Of a DNA stretch of 55,982 nucleotides, positions 47,715-55,982 are shown piece by piece. Each line of letters begins with the position of its first letter. Position 1 is the stretch's first letter. The translations under genes and the position numbers were made by a program. Origin of the DNA: a virus (lineage: Duplodnaviria; Caudoviricetes); the IMG/VR virus record IMGVR_UViG_3300046467_002171, positions 1-55,982 of that record, one strand, 5' to 3'. The notes beneath the pieces are model-generated. The model saw only the letters and a program-made list of their open reading frames with translations. It did not search any database and was not told the origin of the DNA.

Positions 47715-47873
47715 ATGTCGAACATTGTAAGCATTCCTCTTCCACCGGAAACGATAGAATGGGTCGCCGCTGTCCGAATAATCGAAGCGGCTTTGGTAGA
47801 ATTTTCGGACAGCCTGTCCAAAGAGGACGCGGTTGCGTTGGAACGCGCGTGGAGCCGGATACAGCAAGGATGA
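47715..47873 (+). CDS. 52-aa hypothetical protein (MSNIVSIPLPPETIEW...), missing from the ORF track
   Basis: AAGGA RBS; stop overlaps the next ATG. Confidence 0.6.
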   Translation: MSNIVSIPLPPETIEWVAAVRIIEAALVEFSDSLSKEDAVALERAWSRIQQG

Positions 47874-48175
47874 GCATGTCTTCTGAAGCCCAAAACAAAA
47901 TTAACGAGTTTGAAAAAGCGGCAGCATTAACCGAAAAGCTCGTTCAAAAATTTTACGACGAGGAGTTGACATTTGATGCCGCGATGGGCGGCGCGTTGAC
48001 CGTGATGCTACAGTGCCTTTTGCGCGGAACGTCGGATCAAACGCACGCGCTCGGGATCTTAGGGTCTGCCGTGAGCATCGCCGTCGCTTCGAACATGAGC
48101 GCCGAAGAAGGAACGCCGAACGAGGAAGTTTTAGAGTCCGTTTTAACGGGCTCTGAGGAAGGGTTGCTTCACTGA
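47870..48175 (+). CDS. Hypothetical protein
   Basis: ATGA coupling; start trimmed from the 47759 ORF. Confidence 0.6.
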   Translation: MSMSSEAQNKINEFEKAAALTEKLVQKFYDEELTFDAAMGGALTVMLQCLLRGTSDQTHALGILGSAVSIAVASNMSAEEGTPNEEVLESVLTGSEEGLLH

Positions 48176-48231
48176 TCCTCCATACTACGCGCACATTCCC
48201 GGCTGATTTTCCCCTTTCAACGCCGGATTTT

Positions 48232-48258
48232 ACCGGGCCTTGCGCCCGGTTTTTTTTT
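48232..48258 (+). terminator. Intrinsic terminator
   Basis: ACCGGGC-CTTGC-GCCCGGT plus T run. Confidence 0.8.
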
Positions 48259-48269
48259 ACGGAATTAAA

Positions 48270-48566
48270 TCATCCACCTTCCTCGGGTATCCACCTGCAT
48301 GGGAGTTCGAAATGCCGCTGCCGCTGTGGGTGTTTAGCGTCGTATGCCGCCCTTCTATTGATTTCCTCAAAAGCTGCCTTCGGCCCCAAAGTCACTACCA
48401 TCATGTATCGCTGCATATGTTTGATTTCCTCCCGCTCAGAAAAATCTTCCAGCTCACCAGTCACCGGGTCTCTCCTGCCGATCGGCATCCCGTGTCGATA
48501 CTCTTTTGCTAATTTTTCCCAATCCTTCATATCGGTTCCTTCAATTTTATCTGCTGGCCATTCCAT
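48270..48566 (-). CDS. Hypothetical protein
   Basis: AGGAG RBS before ATG; ends at the convergent terminator. Confidence 0.6.
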   Translation of the reverse strand: MEWPADKIEGTDMKDWEKLAKEYRHGMPIGRRDPVTGELEDFSEREEIKHMQRYMMVVTLGPKAAFEEINRRAAYDAKHPQRQRHFELPCRWIPEEGG

Positions 48567-48599
48567 TATTTATTCTCCTATAAAATTTTCCGCACGCAG

Positions 48600-48628
48600 T
48601 TGACCGGTCCCATACCCTCCTGTAAAAT
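48600..48628 (+). promoter_or_regulatory. Sigma70 promoter with TCCCATA motif in the spacer
   Basis: TTGACC-17 bp (ggTCCCATAccctcctg)-TAAAAT. Confidence 0.7.
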
Positions 48629-48662
48629 AGCATACCGGAAAAAAACCTCAAAGGAAAAAACG

Positions 48663-48905
48663 ATGCATGGGTTAGACCTTTACGAGAGAGATAACGAGGC
48701 AGAAAAGTCCAGTGCAGATGAAGATAAAAGGCCCGGCGGCGAAGCCGCGCAAGAGCCACAGCAATTTCTCGTGGTGTGGCGCAGCTTCGCCAGCTTAGAA
48801 CTGCACTTCGAAGCGACTTATACGCGCCCGGAAGCCGAACACATCGCTCGGAATTTATTGATCAACCACCGCCCCTCACGGATCTACAAAGTCAATTTGC
48901 CGTGA
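48663..48905 (+). CDS. Hypothetical protein
   Basis: AAGGA RBS; start trimmed to ATG 48663. Confidence 0.55.
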   Translation: MHGLDLYERDNEAEKSSADEDKRPGGEAAQEPQQFLVVWRSFASLELHFEATYTRPEAEHIARNLLINHRPSRIYKVNLP

Positions 48906-48944
48906 AAACAAAACGGGGCAGCGAAAAAACAAAGGAAATACATT

Positions 48945-49196
48945 ATGCGTAAAGAATTTTGCAGAGTGAAAGGCCGACGTACTGGGACCGATCGTAGACC
49001 GTTCGAGGCGGTCCTCAGTCGTTCGGCTGTGTTGTACGCAATCCGCAATAATGACGGAAGCCTGTATGCGCTGATTGACGGGCCCCTGGGGGAGGTAAAT
49101 CTGACCCCGCTGACTTACGCCCAAGACGGGGAAGAGCGGGAATTTTTCTTCGAGTGGCTGACGGAAAAATGTAAGTCGGACGCAGGAGCAAAGTGA
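48945..49196 (+). CDS. Hypothetical protein
   Basis: AAGGA RBS. Confidence 0.55.
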   Translation: MRKEFCRVKGRRTGTDRRPFEAVLSRSAVLYAIRNNDGSLYALIDGPLGEVNLTPLTYAQDGEEREFFFEWLTEKCKSDAGAK

Positions 49197-49597
49197 TGCA
49201 AACCTTCTTACCCTATGCAGATTTGCGAGACAGCGTGGTCTGCTTAGACAATAAACGGCTTGGTAAACAGCGCGTCGAGTGTCTGCAAATATTGAACGTA
49301 CTCGAAGGGCGGCGCGACGGCTGGAAAAATCATCCAGCGGTCAAAATGTGGACCGGCCACACCGAGGCGCTGCACCTGTATAAGGACATCTGTATAACAG
49401 AATGGATAGACCGGGGATTTAATAACACGATGATCCTAACCTCCAAGAAGGGCCCTGAACCAAACCTGCCCGACTGGTGGAACGGTGAAATCCACGCTAC
49501 ACACCGTAGCAATCTACTGCGTAAGGATGCAGACCACTACGGTCAATTCGGTTGGGCAGAGGCGAACGACCTGCCTTATTACTGGCCCGTTAAATAG
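49193..49597 (+). CDS. Pyrimidine-dimer DNA glycosylase / T4 endonuclease V-like protein
   Basis: MQTFLPY, LDNKRLGKQRVE..QIL, W.NHPAVKMW.G, HRSNLLRKD. Confidence 0.8.
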   Translation: MMQTFLPYADLRDSVVCLDNKRLGKQRVECLQILNVLEGRRDGWKNHPAVKMWTGHTEALHLYKDICITEWIDRGFNNTMILTSKKGPEPNLPDWWNGEIHATHRSNLLRKDADHYGQFGWAEANDLPYYWPVK

Positions 49598-49609
49598 CTG
49601 ACGGAAGAT

Positions 49610-49638
49610 AAAAAAACCCGACCCCGTGAAGGGTCGGG
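49610..49638 (-). terminator. Terminator between convergent genes
   Basis: CCCGACCC/GGGTCGGG stem preceded by an A run (T run on the minus strand). Confidence 0.7.
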
Positions 49639-49648
49639 CTTAAAGGCA

Positions 49649-51136
49649 CTAGATCTTTTCCAGACCCAGATGCCACGCCAGCTTGGCTCCTAAACTTCCC
49701 ACCGTATCCGCAAAATTCTCGGACAAGTGATCGCTTTCATGGAAATGCGCGAACTCATGGAGCATTAACTCTACCTGCACTTTTCTGTTTTCACGCCGGA
49801 ACCATTGTCGTCCCAGCGCGTCAACGTTCAGGTGCAGACTCCGCTTGGAGTACGCCGCCATGAAGGCGTTGTCGGTTTTGACCAACACAACCCCAGTTGA
49901 GCATCCTAGCAGTAGCTCGTGCAGCCGCTGAGCAAACGCTACCGTGTCGCGTTGGTCGTCCGTCCAATTGCCCGGATCCACGGTTTCCGCTTCGGGCGCA
50001 TTCGGATCATTCGAATACGCGTCGTAGCTGGTCGGGAACTTCTGCCCCGCAGCCGGAATGGCGGACGCCGCCTTGGCGTTCCCCCATTGGCCGCCGGTCA
50101 AAGTGCCCCCGGTGATAACCGTGTAGCCGTTCGCCGCCGCGACCCGGTTCGCTTCGGGGTTGGACGGGTCATAAGCGACCCGCTTCTCCCCAAACCTCGC
50201 TGTCATCACCCGCTCCGTCACTGCATCCGTGCAGCGCTCGTCCGATGAAGCTTCCGTCACCCACGACTCTGAAAAGTCCTCGGTGTCGAGCAAGTGCGCC
50301 GCCGCGTTCAGAACCGCGACCCGTAGTTCCGCCAAGTAGGCGGGCGTCACGTTGTCGCGATCCGCGTTCAACGGCACTTTTTGCTGCACGTTCACGTGCC
50401 AGCGACCTTCGGTCTCAACGACCGGGATCCCGAGTTCGTAAATGTGCGGCACCTCATCCGCCGTCGGCTCGTAAAGCTCCACCGTCGTAGCACGGCGGCT
50501 TCGCTTTAGATTGCCTTCGGCGTCGGCAATGACTGTCGGCAGCGTCAGTTCAAGGGTGCTGACCGGAGAACGTGAGTTTAACGTCACGATCCGATCTTGC
50601 ACCTTCAGCGTCGTTGCGATTCCCGGCGGACACAGCAGGCTATCGAAAAATATTTCGAACGCCCGAATATCCGCGTCGGTCAACGGTAACGTCGCCTCGA
50701 ACAGACTACCCGACTCCCGGCGGCTGCGGAGGTTGTGACGACCCTTAGCGTCAAATGCGACGCCGCCGGTCACCGTCACGATCCGCGCCTCCCGGCACAT
50801 GGACAGAACGAGCTTCTCACCAAGATTGAACCGCCCTCGCAGCGTTGGATCGGCCTTTTTGGCTGACGGCGCGTAGAGAGTGTAGGCGTGGGTCAAGTCG
50901 GACCAACCGTCGGGATCGTCGTCGACTACGGTAACGACCGCGAGGCCGCGACGTAGCTTCTCGATCTCAACAGTAACGTTGGTCACGTTTTGATCCCAAG
51001 CGTTTTGGATCAACTCGGCAAGCACGAACGATCGGGGCCGGTCGGCCATCAATTGAGACAGACCTTTCCTGTCAACGTCGAACCAAGCTCGTTGTGCTGT
51101 TTTTGGCACAGCACGGCCTTTTGCCTTGTAAGGCAT
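49649..51136 (-). CDS. GHKL (HATPase_c) ATPase fused to a C-terminal HExxH domain
   Basis: ELIQNAWD, VVDDDPDG, RGRFNLGEK; LHEFAH...H; GGGGAG RBS before ATG 51136. Confidence 0.7.
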   Translation of the reverse strand: MPYKAKGRAVPKTAQRAWFDVDRKGLSQLMADRPRSFVLAELIQNAWDQNVTNVTVEIEKLRRGLAVVTVVDDDPDGWSDLTHAYTLYAPSAKKADPTLRGRFNLGEKLVLSMCREARIVTVTGGVAFDAKGRHNLRSRRESGSLFEATLPLTDADIRAFEIFFDSLLCPPGIATTLKVQDRIVTLNSRSPVSTLELTLPTVIADAEGNLKRSRRATTVELYEPTADEVPHIYELGIPVVETEGRWHVNVQQKVPLNADRDNVTPAYLAELRVAVLNAAAHLLDTEDFSESWVTEASSDERCTDAVTERVMTARFGEKRVAYDPSNPEANRVAAANGYTVITGGTLTGGQWGNAKAASAIPAAGQKFPTSYDAYSNDPNAPEAETVDPGNWTDDQRDTVAFAQRLHELLLGCSTGVVLVKTDNAFMAAYSKRSLHLNVDALGRQWFRRENRKVQVELMLHEFAHFHESDHLSENFADTVGSLGAKLAWHLGLEKI

Positions 51137-51297
51137 AAGCGCTTCTCCCCTTTTGTTAAAGAACACATTGCGACCGAGATAGCCGCTCCCATATTATCCC
51201 ATAGATAGGGTTTTGGCTCAATGGGCGCGTAAGTCTTTGATTTAAAAGAGGTTTCAGGAATTGGGGTTTTCGGGTCACGGAACAAGGAACACGATTT

Positions 51298-51536
51298 ACT
51301 ATATATACGTTTCAAATAGTTTTTTTTTATTTTTCTAAAAATATGCCGTTACCTCCGTTACCAGTGTTACTTTAGGTGTTTTTTATATATAAACCAATAA
51401 CTTAGTGGTAACAAAATAGAGCAAAGTAAGGTGTTACCTATTAGACCAATAAAGTTACTCTACCTTAATCAGGAAAATACCTTAGTACGATCTGAGTGAG
51501 TTTTTTTTTATTTTTTATTCAGAACGTATATATAGT
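51298..51536. other. Putative replication origin: AT-rich, GTTAC iterons, 14-bp flanking inverted repeat
   Basis: ACTATATATACGTT (51298) / AACGTATATATAGT (51523); GTTAC x5 and GTAAC x1; poly-T tracts. Confidence 0.5.
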
Positions 51537-51554
51537 GTTTCCTATTTTTTCGGC

Positions 51555-52184
51555 GTGTGGCAAAATTCGGGCATGACAGTGAATCAAAGCCGCTATCTCG
51601 TCTTGCCCGACCCGGACAGGCATAAGCCGCGCCCGCCGCGAAAAGTTACACCACCGCCCTTTTTGCCTGAAAATCGTCCGTTGACGAAAAAGCAAGAAAA
51701 ATTCGTGCGCGAGTTGGTGGAAAATACCGGGCGCATCACCTTACGTGAAGCTGCGGAACGCGCAGGCTATAGCGCTCGCGGCGCGTCAGTCCGGGCGTCT
51801 GAACTGACGAACCCGGCGATGTATCCCCATGTCGTCAAGCGGATCCTCGAAGTCCGTTCTGAGATGAAGATTAAATATGGCATCGACGAGGACCAGCATC
51901 TTGCGGACCTTTGGCGGCTGCGCGAGGAAAGTTTGTCGGGCGGTGCCTTTTCGGCTGCCGTGGCCGCCGAGAAAATTCGCGGATCGACGGCTGGGCTGCA
52001 CGTTTCGAAATCGGAAATTCGCCACGGCAGTATCGACCAGATGAGCCGCTCTGACGTTGAGCGCGAACTGATTAAAATCCGTGAAAGTTTTGCTCCTTTG
52101 ATGGCGACCCCAGACGATGAAAGTAGCGACAGCGAAAAACCGCGAGTCGAACTTCTGGAAGCAAGTCCGGACAAATCTGCCTGA
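51555..52184 (+). CDS. terS: Terminase small subunit (start uncertain, possibly 51573)
   Basis: LTKKQEKFV...EAAERAGYS...ASEL...PHV HTH pattern; SAAVAAE..RG..AGL. Confidence 0.75.
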   Translation: MWQNSGMTVNQSRYLVLPDPDRHKPRPPRKVTPPPFLPENRPLTKKQEKFVRELVENTGRITLREAAERAGYSARGASVRASELTNPAMYPHVVKRILEVRSEMKIKYGIDEDQHLADLWRLREESLSGGAFSAAVAAEKIRGSTAGLHVSKSEIRHGSIDQMSRSDVERELIKIRESFAPLMATPDDESSDSEKPRVELLEASPDKSA

Positions 52185-52536
52185 GAGTTGGATTGCCACG
52201 CGAATTGAGTCGTGGGCCGTGCCTGGAGTGCCGGATACACTTCTCTGTGATTCCGACGGACAGATCCACCTTATTGAATTAAAGGTTTGCACGGCGAACG
52301 CTGTTCGACTGTCGCCGCATCAAGTTTCTTTCCTGACACGCCATGCCCACGCCTCCGCGTGGGTGCTGATTAAAAAGCAGCCCTTCAAGGATCGAGCGCA
52401 CTCCGTCCTGTTGTATCGCGGCGCGGACGCAATTGCGCTGGCTACCGACGGTTTGTCCGGGGCGGAACCGGCGGGCCATTGGCGGAACCCTGTGCCGTGG
52501 GCGGACGTTTTTAGTCTTGTAAAGTCCCATACCTAA
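52117..52536 (+). CDS. PD-(D/E)XK nuclease (VRR-NUC / resolvase-like)
   Basis: ESNFW, RIES...GVPD...IELK...LSPHQ. Confidence 0.8.
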   Translation: MKVATAKNRESNFWKQVRTNLPESWIATRIESWAVPGVPDTLLCDSDGQIHLIELKVCTANAVRLSPHQVSFLTRHAHASAWVLIKKQPFKDRAHSVLLYRGADAIALATDGLSGAEPAGHWRNPVPWADVFSLVKSHT

Positions 52537-52545
52537 CGGTATGCT
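52517..52545 (+). promoter_or_regulatory. Sigma70 promoter with TCCCATA motif in the spacer
   Basis: TTGTAA-17 bp (agTCCCATAcctaacgg)-TATGCT. Confidence 0.65.
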
Positions 52546-52581
52546 TTGGGGGTGTAAAACTAAACCTCAAGGGGTAACCAA

Positions 52582-52953
52582 ATGAATCTCACAGTAGATC
52601 AATTAACCGCCGTAAAAGCTTATGCAGAACAACACGGCGAGGAATGGAAAACCAGCTTGCAATCCGATTGGATGCGCTCGGGCTCCGCTACTTATCGCGG
52701 CGAGTGGGCGCACCTTCAGCAACTACGGAATCGTTTAGGACCAAAATGGTTGTATGAATTTCAACTGGCGGAACTACTGGATCGCGCCTCGCAACCGCGT
52801 AACACATGGACAACTTCGGAATTGCAGGAAGACTTTGAAGTCGAGGGCTTCGGCGGCGGACTTTGCGTGGTGCGTCGGAAATCCGACAATCAACGGGGCA
52901 GTTTGCAGTTCGATCATATGCCGCGCCTGTACTTCAATTTTGTGCCCGCCTGA
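52582..52953 (+). CDS. Hypothetical early protein
   Basis: AAGGGG RBS downstream of the promoter. Confidence 0.7.
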   Translation: MNLTVDQLTAVKAYAEQHGEEWKTSLQSDWMRSGSATYRGEWAHLQQLRNRLGPKWLYEFQLAELLDRASQPRNTWTTSELQEDFEVEGFGGGLCVVRRKSDNQRGSLQFDHMPRLYFNFVPA

Positions 52954-53067
52954 GTGTTTATTTTTAAGCTGATCGAGTGGATCGTAAAACGGTGCGAGGG
53001 CGAGACTGACTGGGACCGGATCCAGCGCGAAAAGCGCGAAAAGCGGGACCGGGAAAGGGGGCAATAA
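52954..53067 (+). CDS. Possible 37-aa peptide (MFIFKLIEWIVKR...)
   Basis: GTG directly after the upstream stop; ends just before the terminator. Confidence 0.35.
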   Translation: MFIFKLIEWIVKRCEGETDWDRIQREKREKRDRERGQ

Positions 53068-53081
53068 ACAAAAACCAATGT

Positions 53082-53109
53082 AAGGGCTGCTAACGTGGCC
53101 CTTTTTTTT
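53082..53109 (+). terminator. Intrinsic terminator
   Basis: AAGGGCTGC-TAAC-GTGGCCCTT plus T run. Confidence 0.65.
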
Positions 53110-53171
53110 CAACCGTGCATCCTATACACTCCGATACTCTACGTTTAGAAATTTTAACTTAAAGGGGATTT

Positions 53172-54326
53172 TTGATGGAAAATCAACACGGAGACCTTCA
53201 GTCTCTACTAGTAAATTTAAAGGATCAGGAAGCGCGAAAAGCGGACTTTGTCGCCGACACGGGCGGCCTGAATTTTCGGACGATCGAGGGCAAAACTTTT
53301 GTACACTCCGAGCAAACCGGTATGGCGACGGTGTCGAGCCGCTGCAACGACGTTGCGTTCGGGCAGGTCCTCGCGAAAGCGGACATTGACAGCCGCACCG
53401 GGCGGCGGTTGCAAGAGCGCTATCCCGACGTTTTAGATTTAGCGCTAAATCGCATTTACACGAATGAGCCTAAGCAAGTTATGCTCCGGACCCACGCCTA
53501 CACTACCTTCGAGCAAGGTGTTGGCGGCGGCGAGCTTCGCGCCTTCCTCTCGGATAAGTTCAAGCGTTTTGATAACTTCGATATGCTCAATGCGGTCGTT
53601 CCCGTGTTGGCCGAGTCGGACGCCCGCTGGGAAATTGTCAATGCGTCGGTTACTGAAAAGCGAATGACTTTGCGGTTGAAGTCTGCCGCGATCACCGGCT
53701 CCGGGGCGAACGTCGGAGATTTAATGGCCTTGGGATTAAGCATTTGCAATTCAGAAACGGGGCACGGCAGTGCCGCACTCGCAATGTTAGCGTGGACGCT
53801 GATCTGTCTGAACGGCATGCAAACGTCGCGAAAGCAGCGCAGTGCGCATCTCACGTCCTCGCAATCTGAAAGTGACGTGTGGTCGGTTCTCACTCAGACC
53901 GCTAAGGACGCCGATAACGCGGCGTTGTCGCTAAAGCTGCGCGACGTTGCGGCTAATTATTCGAGTCGCGAATCCTTCGCTGAAGTGTTGGAGACGTTTC
54001 GCGCGGCGGCGGGCGATACCTTAAGCGCGGGAACGACCGCGCAGGCGGCGGTGGATCAAGTCGGGCGAGTCCTTCAACTGACTAAAAAAGAGACCGCCAG
54101 CGTTTTGGATGGCCTGTTCTCGACAATGGCGCAGCCGGGTTATGCGGGGCAACCGGTATCGCGTGCGACACTAGTCAACGCGGTAACGGCGGTCGGCAAT
54201 GATGCCGCGTTACGCGCTAACCGGATAGATGCGGACGATGTTGGCGAGTGGGAACGGCGCGGCGGGCGGTTGCTCAATCTCCCCGTTTCGCAATGGTCGT
54301 CGATTGCGAGTGCGCAGGCCGCGTAA
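53172..54326 (+). CDS. DUF932-like phage protein
   Basis: RAFLSDKFKRFDN, ICNSETGHGS, ICLNGM. Confidence 0.6.
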   Translation: MMENQHGDLQSLLVNLKDQEARKADFVADTGGLNFRTIEGKTFVHSEQTGMATVSSRCNDVAFGQVLAKADIDSRTGRRLQERYPDVLDLALNRIYTNEPKQVMLRTHAYTTFEQGVGGGELRAFLSDKFKRFDNFDMLNAVVPVLAESDARWEIVNASVTEKRMTLRLKSAAITGSGANVGDLMALGLSICNSETGHGSAALAMLAWTLICLNGMQTSRKQRSAHLTSSQSESDVWSVLTQTAKDADNAALSLKLRDVAANYSSRESFAEVLETFRAAAGDTLSAGTTAQAAVDQVGRVLQLTKKETASVLDGLFSTMAQPGYAGQPVSRATLVNAVTAVGNDAALRANRIDADDVGEWERRGGRLLNLPVSQWSSIASAQAA

Positions 54327-54351
54327 CTAACCGTCGATTTTTGACACTTCG

Positions 54352-54379
54352 AACCGGGCCAGGGTGCCCGGTTTTTTTT
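54352..54379 (+). terminator. Intrinsic terminator
   Basis: ACCGGGC-CAGGGT-GCCCGGT plus T run. Confidence 0.8.
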
Positions 54380-54480
54380 CGTTCGCGTTTTGCTCGAGTA
54401 GCTCGAGTATCCCATACAGTTGCATACCTGAGGGCCGTCGTGTATAGGTGTTCGCGTGTTTATTAATAAAGGGGTCAACA

Positions 54481-55272
54481 ATGATTAAAACAGTAGTTAA
54501 CAGTAGATCAAGTAAAACCGCCGGGTGTGATATTACATATCGCGCCGGGGTTCGCGACGTTTTCGCGACGTGCCCGGATACTTGTAGCCTAAAGCCCGCT
54601 AATAGCACCGGAACCGGCGAGATTGATCACGAGTATCTGCGCGCGATGCGCGCGGCGGTACCGCGCGGCGGTATCGCGTTCGGGTATTCCCATTTTGATT
54701 TGTTGCGCTATCGCTGGCGCACGGGCGAGACCGTGATTAACTATTCCACGGACGGGTTGATCGATCTCGATCATGCGCTCCGCGCGGATATGCTCAACCG
54801 GTTACACGGTGAGCCGCGTCCGGTGGTTGTCACGGTGCCTGAAAATTATTTTTCGGACGGTAAACAATGGCGGGATCACGACGGGATCAAGATTGTTAAT
54901 TGCCCGGCTAATCATATGCGCGTCAACGCAATGCGCGTCACGTGCGGCGGCGGCGTACTACCCAGCGGCGAGCGTACGGCGGCGTGCGGGAACGGTAGAC
55001 CTTTATGCGCGCGCGGCGATCGCGATTACGTGATTGCTTTCCCGGTGCACGGTTCGAGTAAACGCGCGGCGGCGGATCCGGATAAACCGGGCGGATGCTA
55101 CGCCGAGCACCACCACGTGCGGCGGCATGGGGAAGCCACGCGCGCGCAAGCTGCCACGATCGACACGGATGGCGAACGGTTAACTGAGTTCGCGCGCACG
55201 CTACCGCGTGGTTCGATTCTCCGCCATCACATAGTCGGCGACGTGGGGCTCGACCTGGGGGCGCTAATTTAG
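54481..55272 (+). CDS. Cys-rich gp88-like phage protein
   Basis: AAGGGG RBS before ATG 54481; TCPDTC, CPA, LCAR, GCYA, RHHIVGD. Confidence 0.55.
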   Translation: MIKTVVNSRSSKTAGCDITYRAGVRDVFATCPDTCSLKPANSTGTGEIDHEYLRAMRAAVPRGGIAFGYSHFDLLRYRWRTGETVINYSTDGLIDLDHALRADMLNRLHGEPRPVVVTVPENYFSDGKQWRDHDGIKIVNCPANHMRVNAMRVTCGGGVLPSGERTAACGNGRPLCARGDRDYVIAFPVHGSSKRAAADPDKPGGCYAEHHHVRRHGEATRAQAATIDTDGERLTEFARTLPRGSILRHHIVGDVGLDLGALI

Positions 55273-55296
55273 TAGGTCGGCGCAACGTCGCAGATT

Positions 55297-55325
55297 AAAC
55301 CGGGCCACGTGTCCGGTTTTCTTTT
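55297..55325 (+). terminator. Intrinsic terminator
   Basis: AAACCGGGC-CACGT-GTCCGGTTT plus TCTTTT. Confidence 0.7.
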
Positions 55326-55441
55326 GCCTGCGATATCGCCAGGCGGCGCGCTCGAGGTCCGGATCCGGGGGTGCAATGGTATGGGTCAAGGTCCGATCGT
55401 TGCTTAGATCGCATTCTGAGGGGTCCTAATCCGGGATCCAG

Positions 55442-55526
55442 CGGCGGCGGCGTCAGTTAATGCGGGATCGGCGAGCGGCAGCTCGAGGGAAGCCCGGCGG
55501 CGGTGTCAGTTAATGCGGGATCGGCG
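55442..55526 (+). repeat. 32-bp direct repeat x2
   Basis: CGGCGGCGGYGTCAGTTAATGCGGGATCGGCG at 55442 and 55495. Confidence 0.85.
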
Positions 55527-55737
55527 GCGGACACTATTTGACCGCTCGGGTTGTGCATAACCCGTTTGCGACCGGAAAATCCTATAGCACCCAATCGGAC
55601 AAAAAGGGCCCTTTTCTGTTGCGCCCGGATCTGCGTCAATTGTGCATAACCTGTTAGCGGCGGCGGCGACCTGGTGGTGTCCGTAATACTAGGACCGGGC
55701 CGGTGGCCGTGGCGTATGCAAAATGCTACCGGGCGCG

Positions 55738-55982
55738 TGCACCTTGGACACCTGGCCGGTGGCACCTGGCACCTGGCACCTGCACCTGGCACCTGCACCT
55801 GCACCAGGCCGGTGGCACCGGGCACCTGCACCTGGCACCTGCACCTGGCCGGTGCCACCTGGCACCTGCACCTGCACCTGCACCTGGCCGGTGGCACCTG
55901 GCACCTGCACCTGGCCGGTGGCACCTGGCCGGTGGCACCGGATCCGCGTCGCGTTTCGCTCGGACCGCGCACCGGGTCGCGT
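55738..55982 (+). repeat. Right satellite array and terminal overlap
   Basis: GCACCT-based units at 55738-55938; 55827-55982 matches 1-195 minus 39 bp. Confidence 0.9.

Larger units (their letters stand above)
1..55982. mobile_element. Near-complete or complete tailed dsDNA bacteriophage genome (podovirus-like)
   Basis: TerL, TerS, portal, scaffold, major capsid, tail, lysis and replication genes all present; window end overlaps window start; no host housekeeping genes. Confidence 0.95.

Noticed and set aside
1-55982. Specific host or named phage group assignment; integrase or alternative genetic code
   Set aside because: The gene set recalls uncultured aquatic podoviruses but cannot be assigned without searches; no recombinase motifs were seen; genes read intact in the standard code

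Overview
The window looks like an essentially complete ~55.8 kb tailed-phage genome with a podovirus-like layout: no tape measure, sheath or tube genes, and large internal/ejection proteins. The end (55827-55982) re-reads the start (1-195) through a GCACCT/GGCCGGTGSCACCT satellite, and the two copies differ by 39 bp. Gene order: RusA-like resolvase, TerL, a 1848-aa modular protein, portal, holin, GH108 endolysin, 2OG oxygenase, GroES, scaffold, Mu-gpT-like major capsid protein, head/tail proteins, internal virion proteins, a replication block (SNF2 helicase, SSB-like, AEP primase, UvrD-like helicase, PolA), and an early region of small promoter-gene-terminator cassettes with TerS and a putative origin. 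No integrase, RNA polymerase, tRNA or CRISPR was recognised. Best candidate for an undescribed system: a short [FYM/R]-x-x-G-G-x-[VI] motif occurring about 14 times in five late-region proteins. It punctuates the 1848-aa protein into effector-like modules (beta-barrel-like, EExQSDW, ART-like plus GNAT) and precedes small conserved domains in ejection proteins, suggesting a virion cargo tagging/processing polyprotein system. Other highlights are a 55-bp pseudoknot element with a compensatory base change present twice ~39 kb apart, an RBS-sequestering RNA after the capsid gene, and a TCCCATA promoter motif. All product calls come from motif recognition by eye, not database searches.
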